NCBI GenBank assembly: GCA_963833425.1
Contig: CAWHXP010000007.1
Span: forward strand, 32,001 to 96,000
Direction: 5' to 3'
Length of the DNA stretch: 64,000 bases
DNA from: an uncultured Methanosarcinaceae archaeon
Lineage (GTDB): Archaea > Halobacteriota > Methanosarcinia > Methanosarcinales > Methanosarcinaceae
Shown here one piece after another: positions 45,308 to 56,755 of the stretch. The notes beneath the pieces were generated by a model, which worked only from the letters and a program-made list of their open reading frames with translations, made no database searches and was not told the DNA's origin. A program made the position numbers and the translations under genes. Each line of letters opens with the position of its first letter. Positions within the stretch are counted from its first letter, which is position 1.

Positions 45308-45874
45308 TCAGGTTTCTCTCTTTTTCGTACATGCCGACCTGCACTCAAAAAACTCAGCTGAGGGCAATTCATGTATTGTAGTTGCAACAATCATACCGTC
45401 TCCGATTTCTTTTACGACCATAATAGGCCTTCCAATGTTATCCTTGAGCACCACATCAGCATCAGTTTCTGCAAAATAACCGTCACATCCCAATGGAAGC
45501 ACTATATTCTTCACAAGTTTTTGAGCAGAATGTTCACCCAAAGGCTGAGGAGTGCATGAGTTTTCTTCCATTACATACTTAAGAGAAAAAGGAAGCCATT
45601 CATACTCATATTCTGGGATTAGAGGACTGAATACCAGCAGTGTTCCTCCTTTTTTCACAAATTTTTCAAGGAAGTGTTTGTTATGTTCAAGCCCCATACC
45701 TATTTTTGTATATTGCTTATTTGCAAAACCTGTTGGCAAAATCAGAAATTTACAAACTGGAAGATAAGGTGTGCCAAGGAATGTTGAAAGCGCACGACTA
45801 CAATCTAGCCCATATTCCAAAAACAGTTTTTCAAAGAGAATAGGGCTGTCCCAGAGTAAAATTACATCATACAT
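45308..45874 (-). CDS. Conserved hypothetical protein, class I glutamine-amidotransferase-like fold
   Basis: 188 aa; LILPTGFAN, FVKKGGTLLVF, IVATTIHE. Confidence 0.7.
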   Translation of the reverse strand: MYDVILLWDSPILFEKLFLEYGLDCSRALSTFLGTPYLPVCKFLILPTGFANKQYTKIGMGLEHNKHFLEKFVKKGGTLLVFSPLIPEYEYEWLPFSLKYVMEENSCTPQPLGEHSAQKLVKNIVLPLGCDGYFAETDADVVLKDNIGRPIMVVKEIGDGMIVATTIHELPSAEFFECRSACTKKRET

Positions 45875-45942
45875 GAAAGAGGATCAGAAACTTACTATAT
45901 GAATGTATTTAAGTGACTCGAAAGATAAATAAATCAATTAGT

Positions 45943-47058
45943 TTAGGACTCGATGCCAATTATTTCAGGCTCAGAGATAGGGGTCGGATTAAAGCTCTCT
46001 CCGAATTCGAATACGATCATATGCGGGTTGGTAATGGTTGTAAAAGGATGACCAATTGACTTAAAAATATTTAGATAATACAATTTAATGCATTCACAAA
46101 CTTTTAGATTTGAAAAGTCATGGATCAATTTTACGTATTCACTCCCTTTTTCAGTGCAAATTTCGATATCAGTTCCGATACCATCCGTAAGATAAAGTTC
46201 TTTGAAAATTTTAATGTTCTCGGCAAGGGTGAAAGCGGCCGGTGGCTTGCCCACAGCTAATTCAAAATATCGTGTCATTTCAGCCACCGAAGGGATATTT
46301 CCGGAGATAAAAGTTTCAAAAACCCTCCTGTTTATGCTGAGCCGCTGGTAGTTCTGCTGCTTGTATGTTTTGATGAGGTTTTTCCAGAAATCTGGTCTTC
46401 TTTGGACTTCCCTGAAAGTGCTTTCCATTGATCCAAAGTGTTCCTCAACGCCTTTAGGAACTTTTTGATGATTAAGAAATTCAAACCTCTTGAAGTACAC
46501 GTTTGTGACGTTGGATTTACTGAACAATCCTTGGACATCAAGTTTCATCTGTTTTGCCATAAAAAGAGCCAGGCTATGAGCCATTACTTCCCGGAAACAG
46601 AAATTCCCATTTGATAGAGTAAGGCTAGCAGCTTCAGGCTCGAAATCCTGATCACATTCCATATTAAACTTAATTTTCCAGCCAATTTTTTCATTGAGCG
46701 AGTTTAGATAATTTACAATATCAGGAATTCTTTTAACTTTATAAGGATTAATTAGTTCGTATATAATAGATTCATCCATCAATAGTCCTGAAGTTTTCTT
46801 AATAAGCCATTCGAGCAGGGTGCGATGGACAAGCAGAAACTCTTTTTCTTCAATCAACTTATTTCTAAATTCTGCATAGTGTGAATCTGTACTGGGAGAT
46901 TTGTCTCCATTTTCACTCATTTTCCCAGCCAAAGTCAAAGAGGCAGTTTCTATAGTATCCCTTATTGCCGCACTTAGATTTCCGTCATTCTTTTCAAGAA
47001 AGGGCTTTAATTTATCCAAGTAGCACTGATCGATCGAAATATTTTTTCTGACTATCAA
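45943..47058 (-). CDS. Hypothetical protein with ribbon-helix-helix-like N-terminus
   Basis: 371 aa; MIVRKNISIDQCYLDKLKP...NLSAAIRDTI. Confidence 0.7.
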   Translation of the reverse strand: MIVRKNISIDQCYLDKLKPFLEKNDGNLSAAIRDTIETASLTLAGKMSENGDKSPSTDSHYAEFRNKLIEEKEFLLVHRTLLEWLIKKTSGLLMDESIIYELINPYKVKRIPDIVNYLNSLNEKIGWKIKFNMECDQDFEPEAASLTLSNGNFCFREVMAHSLALFMAKQMKLDVQGLFSKSNVTNVYFKRFEFLNHQKVPKGVEEHFGSMESTFREVQRRPDFWKNLIKTYKQQNYQRLSINRRVFETFISGNIPSVAEMTRYFELAVGKPPAAFTLAENIKIFKELYLTDGIGTDIEICTEKGSEYVKLIHDFSNLKVCECIKLYYLNIFKSIGHPFTTITNPHMIVFEFGESFNPTPISEPEIIGIES

Positions 47059-47899
47059 ACGGATTTCCTCTTCTGCCTTTTTGAAATTACGAGTGGCTCA
47101 AAATTTTCTCATGACTAAAATATCTTTATTTTAGCAATTTAGATAGTTAATTGGAGTTCTTACTTATTAATTTTTTTGTTATGAATAGAAGCTAAAAACA
47201 TGTGTCAATAAGGACTAAATTCAACGATTGATTGGGTAAAACAATTAGTAAATAGCAAGTAGATGCATAAATAAAAAATCAAGATCCAAAAAATTATCTA
47301 AAATATAATTATACTGTTTATTTAAAAAATTTATAACCTTATATATAAGTATCTATAAATTTTGATATAAATATCTATACTCAGTCACTACAAATTTCAT
47401 ACTGGCAGACAGCAAGAAATTTGTGTACTCAACTATGACGGGCTAAACTTGCTTATTAACAGGCCTCTCAACCTTAAAATAATCTAATTCGATATGCTTA
47501 TGACATCGAAAATATGTCATGTTTTTTTAAATATTTTCGAAAAAAACTCGAGAAATTTGAAAATAGCATTCCCTCAGAAAAGTTGTGTCCGATTTTTAAA
47601 TTCATCTTTCTACGCTCTATGTTTTTTAAAATATCACTCTCAAGCAGTAACCGAAATTAATTTACTACAAATAACAAAAGTCATTCTTGGAGAAATTCGC
47701 GTATATATTCGCCTGCAGCTACTTCTAAAAGGATATTCATATTTGAAATTTCTTCTGAGATAAAAATTTTATATATTTTTGTCTAAATAGTCGCTATTTA
47801 GATCTATAAAGTCTCAGAACTCGCTAATTTTAATCTCTAATCAAAGTTGTGGTGAATCTCGCCGCAAGCAACCGTGAGTATGTTCGCACCCAGCAATTG

Positions 47900-48990
47900 A
47901 TTGAAGATACTTTTAAAACATACTTTCTAGCTTATGAACTTCGAATTCATACTAGCGAGGATTACCGCGAGCCACGAACCTTCTTCCCTCTGCGGAATCA
48001 TGATTGCATATATTTGGTCGAAGCATGTGGAAGGGGTTCAGTTTCGTCGACTTGTCTGCATATAGAATTGGGACAATTATTATGATCGGCCATAATCTCA
48101 ATCATTAACTTTAAGTAGGTTGGCCGTAGTTAGATTCCATCAGACGCCTAATTCGCTGAATCCTTATATAAAAATCTGGATTACTTTGACAATACCAATC
48201 ACCCTTTTTGAACAATCAGTCATATAGTGATTGAAATGCACCAGCAATCCCTTTTGGCTGCATAACATTCACGTCGTCGGATATGGGGGTCTTAAATCCG
48301 ACGATATCTCCTCTCCTGAACTGCCAAGGTTTGTATTAAGCATACAACGAGTAATTTGCCAGAGAATACTAAGGGCTTCGCCGATAGTCTTCTATCTATC
48401 TGCTTGAATAGATAGCATCCCATAGGAATATTAAGCTTATGAACGAATTTGAGATGTGAAAAGCTTGAATTGAAGCCGATGCCGTTACCCACAGAATTGA
48501 GGCCGTACTCAAAGATATCCCCATAAGCAAGCAAAATTGTTCCATTCCCTCAGACCGCTTTACTCAGGGAAGAATGAATGAAATATTATCGAACAAGTCG
48601 AAGTTCTGCTCTGTGAATGTTTTTCCATTTTTGACGGCTTTACAGATAGCTTCGAAGAATGTGCATAGGCCAGGTACCTAGCCGAAATGAAAAAAGATTG
48701 ACTCCATTTTGGCCTGTACAATTAAGGCCTCCTCAAAGCTTATACCCATCCTACAGCTGTGCAGTTGATGAACTACAATGCCTGAGGATTTAAGTTCTCA
48801 GCCAAAGGGAAAACTCATCGATCTGGCAATAATCTGGTTCTTACTTACTAGGTAATACTGGCTGAAAGCGTGAACCACTCGATGCTCCAATGGAAATCCT
48901 CTCCACACAACTCTCTACATACTGCTGGTCAATCTCGTAGTCCGGCCCTGCTACCTGCATACCTTTGAGTGCCTTTGCTTCTTTCATGAT
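47900..48990 (-). pseudogene. Heavily decayed gene, weakly ThiC-like
   Basis: Elevated GC; fragments such as FEEALIVQAK/GVNLFFIS and EQNFDLFD loosely resemble ThiC. Confidence 0.25.
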
Positions 48991-49242
48991 GATATGCACC
49001 CAATTGATTTAACTTTACAATAACCATGTAGATATGTTTACTTATTTTCATTTAATTATATAATTATGATAGTGGAGTTTATGGTCAATAGTTGAAGTCA
49101 ATCCTTATTTTGTACTTCGGACCTACCCACTTGATGAAAAAAAAATCAAGTATAACAGCCATCACTGTTAAAATTCATTTTTTAGGTCATTAAGAGGTTA
49201 TTTCTATTGATTTTATACTATTGCTTAAGGTCTAATTACTCT

Positions 49243-50415
49243 TTAAATGAAATAGGACCTGAGTGGTGGGAAGCCATTGAAACCTACAGAACTGTAGCTT
49301 TGAGTGTATGCGCCAGTTGTAAAAATATATACTTTATTTCCTTCTTTCATCGTATGCGGAAAAGAATACTTATGATGTTCATAAAGGATATCCATGCTGT
49401 CGCATGTTGGACCTGCCAGTATTACTTCTTCAGCACAACCTCTTTTATCGCAAAAAATAGGGTATTTAATGCATTCATCAAGAGTTTCGATTAGGCCTCC
49501 AAACTTGCCAATATCGAGATAAACCCATTTATACTGATTAAATCTGGCTTTCCTGGAGATCATTACTACTTCACTTACGATCACACCAGCATTGGCAACC
49601 ATAGAGCGCCCTGGTTCTATAATGATCTCAGGGAGCTTTTCTCCAAAGTCCTCAAGTAAAAAACGGCGAATTTCTTTGAAATAGGTTTCAAGGTCTCTTG
49701 CCTTTGCCTGATATTTTGCAGGAAAACCTCCTCCAAGATTAATCATCTTGAGATGTATACCTTTTTCAGCTACTGCTTGAAAGAGATACTTACATTTCGA
49801 AATGGCATTATCCCATTGACCAATATCCCTCTGCTGGGAGCCAACATGGAAAGAAAGCCCGTGAGGCTCAAGCCCAAGTTTCTCGGTTTCCAGAATAAGC
49901 TTGTATATAATATCAGGATGCGCGCCAAATTTCCTTGAAAGGGGCCAATCAGCTCCGTCACTTTCAGTAAGTATCCTAAAAAAGATTTTGGAACCCGGAG
50001 CATTTTTAGCTAATTTTTTTAAATCGCTTTCTGAATCACTAACAAAAAGTCTAATCCCTTTTTCATATGCGTATGCAATATCTTTTTCTTTTTTTATCGT
50101 ATTGCCATAACTCATTCTTTCCGGTTCTACTCCAAGTCTGAGAAGTTGATTAAGTTCATAAACCGTTGCTACATCAAAATTGGAACCTTTGTTTTTCAGG
50201 GCAAGAACAACTTCATCCATAGGGTTTGCCTTCACAGCATAATGAATTTTTGCGAAAGGCATGTGTTCAATTAAATAATCGTAACTTTTCTTTACCTCCT
50301 CCAGATTAACAATCAAAAATGGTGTCTCTTTACCATGAGAAAATTTTTTGATTTTTTTAAAGTTATCTCTTGAAAAGAATTCGTCCTGCTGGAACTTATA
50401 AGGCTCTTTTTTCAT
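49243..50415 (-). CDS. Type III PLP-dependent ornithine/lysine decarboxylase
   Basis: HYAVKANP, FDVAT, SRKFG, SFHVGSQ, NLGGGFP, EPGR, GPTCDSMD; ATG at 50415. Confidence 0.93.
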   Translation of the reverse strand: MKKEPYKFQQDEFFSRDNFKKIKKFSHGKETPFLIVNLEEVKKSYDYLIEHMPFAKIHYAVKANPMDEVVLALKNKGSNFDVATVYELNQLLRLGVEPERMSYGNTIKKEKDIAYAYEKGIRLFVSDSESDLKKLAKNAPGSKIFFRILTESDGADWPLSRKFGAHPDIIYKLILETEKLGLEPHGLSFHVGSQQRDIGQWDNAISKCKYLFQAVAEKGIHLKMINLGGGFPAKYQAKARDLETYFKEIRRFLLEDFGEKLPEIIIEPGRSMVANAGVIVSEVVMISRKARFNQYKWVYLDIGKFGGLIETLDECIKYPIFCDKRGCAEEVILAGPTCDSMDILYEHHKYSFPHTMKEGNKVYIFTTGAYTQSYSSVGFNGFPPLRSYFI

Positions 50416-50642
50416 ATTTATTCCCAAACTATCTTGGAGCTGATAAAATATGAGACTTTCTAATGTTTTTTTTAGACTGCAGAAATCTACTGTTGATTTC
50501 GCTTGCAATCGACTGTAATCTATCCGAAGCCCAGACGATGGTAAAATATCTCTAATTTTTGTCGCGCTACCTCATTATAAAAACAGGCTGCAAAATAAGT
50601 GTTTATCCAGACAAAACTTTTGCACATTTTGTTTCGTTGGCG

Positions 50643-51062
50643 CACAGTTTTCGTATCAAAATCTATGAATTTCCTAAGTTCCATCTGGGATAAGAAAATA
50701 TTCCAGATCTTATTACTCATGTAGTTTGTGGGATCTATTGAGCATATGGATCTCCTGGAACACCTTAAACTAATTAAACTAAGGTATACTCATCAATAGA
50801 AAATATCCAAAAAAAAATAATTATATAGGACTCTAAAAAAACTAAAAACATGAATAAACTGAATCAAAAACTCAATTTTTCAATACCGTGAAAATATTTG
50901 AGAAAGAACCGGTAAAAACTTTTTTGATATTCTTTTTATGCTTCATCTTCAAGTTTAAGATCAGTAAGAAAATTTAGGTACGTTATAATCTTTTTTTCTC
51001 ATTGATAAAATAGCGATTAATATAATATTGATACATACATAGATTTTGCTATGAAATTTGTG
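50643..51062 (-). repeat. ~420-bp dispersed element, copy C, with ~28-bp imperfect terminal IRs
   Basis: cacagttttcgtatcaaaatctatgaat versus the reverse complement of the other end, cacaaatttcatagcaaaatctatgtat. Confidence 0.85.
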
Positions 51063-51539
51063 TATCAGTAAAAACGATAAATCATATATTTTGTAGTGGA
51101 AAAAAGGATACAGAATCATTCAGAATTGAGTAAACTTTCGGCACACTGTCACGTAAATTGTGTAGCCATGCCAACTGAAAATTGAATTATTACAAAATTA
51201 TTTAATCTGTTTTTAGTTTCAAATCAGGATCGATGCCCATTGATAAAAAATTCTTATTTCCCCTTGCTATTTTTTTGTATTTACTGGATATGTAATTTGC
51301 TACATAATCTATTCTTATAAACTCGGAAACATCCGATTTTTTGTAAAGATGGGCAGAAAAAAAGAGAATGTTTTAAAAATATTGAGATTTTATTACATTG
51401 GTGACCAAAATCAATATAATATATATTATAGTTTTAACTTAGATTTTAGAAATTTAAAGGTTTTTGATATTGATTTTCAGCCAAATTGTGTAATTTTGGA
51501 TCTATTAACCAGATAAATGCTCTGAATTGAGACGCATCT

Positions 51540-51869
51540 ATGCAAACAAAAACAATTGAAATCTATGCAGAATTATACGAAGCTCTTGACTCTTGCAGAG
51601 ATAGAGATAGTGATAGTGGTTGGGAATCGAAGTGCACGATAATTGCAAAATTATTGGAGCGATACGCTAATACATGCCAAATTAAACACAAAAATGGTGA
51701 CTATTGGTTCGTCATTAAAGACAGAAAACGGAGATTTCCAAAAATCTCGAATACAACGGAAAATGTGAGAATTTCTCTAGAACTCCATGAACGGTTCAAT
51801 GCAGCGAAAATACACATGAGAGACGATGAATACTATTTTACAACGCTTGCTATTTTCGTACTACGGTAA
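51540..51869 (+). CDS. Hypothetical protein, possible tandem ribbon-helix-helix DNA-binding protein
   Basis: TKTIEIYAELYEAL...ES..IIAKLLE and ENVRISLELHERF... Confidence 0.5.
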   Translation: MQTKTIEIYAELYEALDSCRDRDSDSGWESKCTIIAKLLERYANTCQIKHKNGDYWFVIKDRKRRFPKISNTTENVRISLELHERFNAAKIHMRDDEYYFTTLAIFVLR

Positions 51870-51929
51870 CAAATTAATATATCGCATTAATGTAGAATCT
51901 ATCAACAACGGTTACGCCAAGACTTAATA

Positions 51930-52145
51930 TTTTTCATATGTGAGTTATTACTAACAGAACCTAAATTCAACAATGCATTGATTGTCGAAGTTGTAAGCTT
52001 AGAAGATTACCCAGAACTAAAAAATAAATATGAAAAAAATACATTACCGATGTCAATATTGTATGATTCTGAGGGGATTGAAATATGGCATATAGAGGGA
52101 AAACATGATCTAAACATGTGCGGAGAAAATTGGAAGAGATTATAG
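51930..52145 (+). pseudogene. Thioredoxin-like remnant
   Basis: VVSLEDYPELKNKYEKNTLPMSILYDSEGIEIWHIEG; no intact CxxC or start codon. Confidence 0.4.
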
Positions 52146-53242
52146 ATTTGCAAGAAGAGTTTATTGATACTTCGCCAAAGATCTTACCAAAAACATGGTA
52201 ATTTCCAAGATTTATCGTTTTATCAATATTTTACAGCAGCTTATTTTTGCTCTATCCACATGGAGATTTTGGGTATTCTATTTCAGCAGATGCGATAAGA
52301 AGTTATGCCGTTAATTGCTTGATTGTTGCCCTTTCTATATGAAGTAACTCTACTAGAGCACGCATTAGTAGCAATTCTTGTGTGTATTTTTGAATAATTT
52401 CCTATCTGCATTTGAAGTCAAGATTGCCCATTATCCAATTGTAGAAGTTGATTGAATTTTAAACAAGCTATAAGAGAACACACTAACAAAACTTAAATCA
52501 TACATATTTAATGGATTAACTAATGGTTTCGGAACATCAAAATAACTTTTACTAGTTCTTCGTTCTGTGATAAAATAGCATAATGAATTATCCATCATTC
52601 TCTGCTGTTCGGTGAAAAATTTAAAATTTAACGTAAACACATGTTAAATTCGTATTTCTCAAATCTCGAGATTTCAAGAATCTGCTGCCGTATATAATAT
52701 AATGCACTCAGCAGGGTACCAATATTTCTGATTCTATCTCTCCTGCGTAGGGGTGAATATTTTCTTCAAAGGTTTTTAGAAGTTTTGGATCAACGTTGTT
52801 TAGAAAGTAAGTGTCCATAATCAGGATGTTTGAGATCTGCTCTTAGAAATCTGCAAGTTCTCTAAGCCAATCTGTAGCTCTAAAACTTGCTTCAATATAT
52901 GCTTATCGAGAAACATAAGGTAACCAAAAATAGTATTTATGAGCTCCTCAGTTAGCCTGTTATCTGGAAATTTTATTGGGAAACGCTCAAGGAATGTAGG
53001 ATCTGTATAATCCGATAAAATCGTTTCAGACTTGCATAACGCAGGAAAGATTCTGGAGATCGGGCTATTAAGCACTGCAGTAACATAAGGATACTTACTG
53101 GGATCTTTGAGAACAATCCCACAGCCGTTTCTAAAAATGTGGTTTCCAATAGCATCGTATGTAGCCTGGAGATGTTAACCGACAATTGTAGTGATTTTAG
53201 GAATATAAAGATATTCCAGAGCTCTGATCCTTTTATACTATA

Positions 53243-54378
53243 GAGAATTTCGATAAACTCCATTCTCTTGAGCATGGTTAGCTTTAAATTTGTAAACATT
53301 TATGTATATTCATGAAAACTCTTACTGATTTTGCTCTTAAAGAAGAGTATAAACGTCTTGAATCTGTTGGAGATAAGCTTGCTGAAATTGATTCCTTAAT
53401 TGATTGGAAAACTTTTCTTATTATTCTTGAGTCTATGTCTATTAACAAAACCGTTTCATGAGGGCGACCTGAAACTGATGTCATTGTGATGTTCAAAATG
53501 CTTGTTTTACAACAATGGCATGGGCTCTCTGATTTTGAACTTGAGAAACAGTGTATAGATCGAATTTCTTTTAGAAAATTCCTTGGTTTTCCTGAATACA
53601 TACCTGATAGTACTGCTGTATGGCTATTTAGGGAGAGAATTATCGAGAATTTCAAAGAAAATATGGGGAAAGTTGCAAAGCCAACTTGATGCTCTGGGTT
53701 TACAGATAAAGCAGGGAATGATTCAGGATGCTACTTTTTATCCATTCAGATCCAGGACATGCAAAAGCAGAGAGATGAGGCAAAAACAAGAATAAGCAGA
53801 GACGGAACATGGACAAAGAAGGGAGGTAAGTTTCACTTTGGATATAAGTTTCATAATATAATAGACATAGATTATGAGCTGATCAGAAGATTCAAAACAA
53901 CAACTGCGTCAGTACATGATTCGTATGTAGATATGACAAAGGAAAATGAAGTGGTTTATAGGGGCAGAGGATACTTTGGAGCAAAAACTAAAGGGTATAA
54001 TGCAACAATGAAGAGAGCGGTCAAAGGACATACGCTGGGAATAAAGGATATATTAAGAAATAAGAGAATTAGCTCAGAAAGAGTCCCAGGAGAAAGAGTT
54101 TATTCAGTAATGAAAGAAATTTTCAAAGCAGGAAGAGTTTTTGTCACTACTGTTAAAAGAGTAAATCTAAAAATGTTGTGTACGGCTTTTTGTTATAATC
54201 TCCATCAATTGAGGAAATTGAAAATAAAAAAAGTATATTGAAGATAGCGGAAGCTATCTTTAAAATCAAAGAATTGAGAATAAAGTAAAGCCAAAAAGAG
54301 GAATTAAATAGAGAAATTGAGGGGAAGATCTGAGAAATTCCTGCTAAGAAATAAAATCCGAAGTTTATCGAAATCCTC
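53243..54378 (+). mobile_element. IS5-family element with inactivated transposase (53312-54241)
   Basis: IRs gagaatttcgataaact and agtttatcgaaatcctc; FKMLVLQQWHGLSD, DRISFRKFLG; internal TGA and frameshifts. Confidence 0.93.
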
Positions 54379-54527
54379 CTTACTTTATTTACAAAACAAA
54401 GTTCCAAAAATAGAGAATAAATTAACTTTTTACTGCGTGTGTGAGCTGCTACCATGTTAAGAAAGTTGCTTAGCTGAGTAGTACAACTTCCTTTTGATCC
54501 TCATATCAAACTGCTCTTGTAAATCAG

Positions 54528-55424
54528 TTAAATGAGACTTATTAACCCTTCATGCAATTCTATCTCTCCCCTCCACCAGCCTGAAATTTTTGAAACGTCT
54601 GCCCTTGAGTCTCGAACATCACCTGCCCTTGGAGCCACGTGTAATATCCTGCTTGGAGACTCGGTGAGTTTAATTATATTTTCAGCAAGCTCACGAACTG
54701 TCACGCTCTTTCCCATAGCCACATTGAAAACTTGTCCATCCCCATATTCAAGGGCTAGAGCGTTTGCCCTGACTACATCTTTGACATGCACGAAATCCCG
54801 ACTTTGAAGCCCATCTCCATAGATAACAAGGTCTTTTCCTGAATTTGCCCTCTCCATGAAAATAGGGATAACAGCCGCATATTGAGATTTTGGGTTTTGA
54901 CGAGGACCATATACATTGAAGTAGCGTAAGCAGGTTGTTCTAAGTCCTTGGTCCATATAAAACATCCTTGCCAAGTACTCCCCGTCGAGTTTGGAAATAG
55001 CATAAGGAGAAGTCGGCTTAGGACACATATCTTCACTTTTTGGAAGGATTGGATTATTTCCGTAAACTGCAGCTGAAGATGCAGTTACAAATTTATCAAC
55101 TTCAGCTTTAACACAGGCCTGTAACACATTGAGTGTTCCGAGAGTATTAATCCGGAAAGACTCCGCAGGTCTTTCACAGCTTAGAGGTACAGATACAAGA
55201 GCAGCTTCATGGAAAACATAGTCTATTCCAGCAACTGCTTTTTCAACTGAAAAATAATCACATATATCTCCCTGAACAAATTCTATATTTTTATGCGGTA
55301 TAATATTTTGGATAAAACCCGTGGTAAGGTTATCCATGATTCTGACAGTATCCCCGTTTTTTGCAAAATACTCAGCTAGATGGGAGCCGATAAAACCTGC
55401 CCCCCCTGTAACTAACACTTTCAT
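54528..55424 (-). CDS. NAD-dependent NDP-sugar epimerase/dehydratase (UDP-glucose 4-epimerase-like)
   Basis: VTGGAGFIGSH, SPYAISK (YxxxK), RYFNVYGPRQ. Confidence 0.93.
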   Translation of the reverse strand: MKVLVTGGAGFIGSHLAEYFAKNGDTVRIMDNLTTGFIQNIIPHKNIEFVQGDICDYFSVEKAVAGIDYVFHEAALVSVPLSCERPAESFRINTLGTLNVLQACVKAEVDKFVTASSAAVYGNNPILPKSEDMCPKPTSPYAISKLDGEYLARMFYMDQGLRTTCLRYFNVYGPRQNPKSQYAAVIPIFMERANSGKDLVIYGDGLQSRDFVHVKDVVRANALALEYGDGQVFNVAMGKSVTVRELAENIIKLTESPSRILHVAPRAGDVRDSRADVSKISGWWRGEIELHEGLISLI

Positions 55425-55856
55425 GATACCAGGAAAGGGAAAATACAAAATAAAATTTTCTATGCTTGTCCTTAAATTTATGGGATGGAGTTGAAATATT
55501 TAGGAATATGCCAAAAATAACTAAGGATGGAAGTATATCAATAGATAAAAAATTTTTCGTATGATGTCTGTCTATGTATGAAATATATACTTAAAAAATT
55601 ACAATAGATCAAAAATGTGGAGATAAAAACAGAAACATGATATGATGAGTTTATTAAAACAAAATTGAAATCTCGATATCGAGTACAATAGGTATGTATC
55701 TATTATGGGATCGAAAGTAGATCTCACTTATTTTCTTGCAACATGAACACCTGAAAACTATAAGTATGGTTCGGAAAGGCTGCAAAAAATATCAAATTAA
55801 TAAATTAAGTAAATAAGTTTAAATTCAAAGAAGATAGATTATAAAAAATTTTATTA

Positions 55857-56753
55857 GTGGTGAAAATGGCAAAAAGAAAACAAACTCCTATGGATCTACT
55901 CCTCGTTGCAGTTATTGTTCTTTTTATTGATATTTTAGTTCTTGTGCCTGTACTTAATGGAAACTTCCTACGAACGTATTTAGGAATTCTACTAGTGCTT
56001 TTCTTGCCAGGTTATGCCCTGACTGCAGCTATCTTCCCAGCAAAAAAAGATCTAGAGGGAATCGAGAGAGCTGTAATCTCCCTTGGACTTAGTATAGCCC
56101 TAGTTCCAACAATGGGACTTGTACTAAACTATACAACATGGGGAATCCGGGAAATTACTCTACTGACTGGTCTTTCGGTTTTCATACTCCTAATGTGCGC
56201 AATTGCATACTATCGGAGGAATTTGTTACTGGAAGAAGAAGCTTTTGAAGTTCCATTCAAAGCTTTCTTCCTGCAGATGAAAACCGAACTCATGAAAAAG
56301 CCCGAATCCAAAATTGACAAAATTTTCGCAGTTATTCTGGTCCTCTTCACAGTTGCATCTGTTGTCGGCTTGGCCCATATTATCGGAAATCCAAAAGAGA
56401 GAGAGCACTTTACCGAGTTTTACATCCTTGGAGCTAACAAAACAGCAGATGGATATCCCACAAATTTAATATTTGGAAAAAATGCGACAGTTATTGTAGG
56501 AATAGTAAATCACGAAAACAGGCCAGTAGATTATACAATGGAAATGAGGCTTGAAAATCAATCTCTACCTCTACCAGAGGACCAGAAACAAATAAGCCTT
56601 GCGCATAATATGTCCTGGATCGAACAAGTAACTTTCACTCCACCCTTCAAAGGAAAGAATATGAAGCTAGAATTTCTTCTGTTTAATGAAACCGAAAAGA
56701 AAACGCCTTACAGAAATCTGCATCTTTGGATTAACGTTACCAAGGAGACCTGA
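55857..56753 (+). CDS. DUF1616 membrane protein
   Basis: LFLPGYAL, IER...SLGLSIA, FTEFYILG, PYRNLHLWINV. Confidence 0.88.
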   Translation: MVKMAKRKQTPMDLLLVAVIVLFIDILVLVPVLNGNFLRTYLGILLVLFLPGYALTAAIFPAKKDLEGIERAVISLGLSIALVPTMGLVLNYTTWGIREITLLTGLSVFILLMCAIAYYRRNLLLEEEAFEVPFKAFFLQMKTELMKKPESKIDKIFAVILVLFTVASVVGLAHIIGNPKEREHFTEFYILGANKTADGYPTNLIFGKNATVIVGIVNHENRPVDYTMEMRLENQSLPLPEDQKQISLAHNMSWIEQVTFTPPFKGKNMKLEFLLFNETEKKTPYRNLHLWINVTKET

Positions 56754-56755
56754 AA

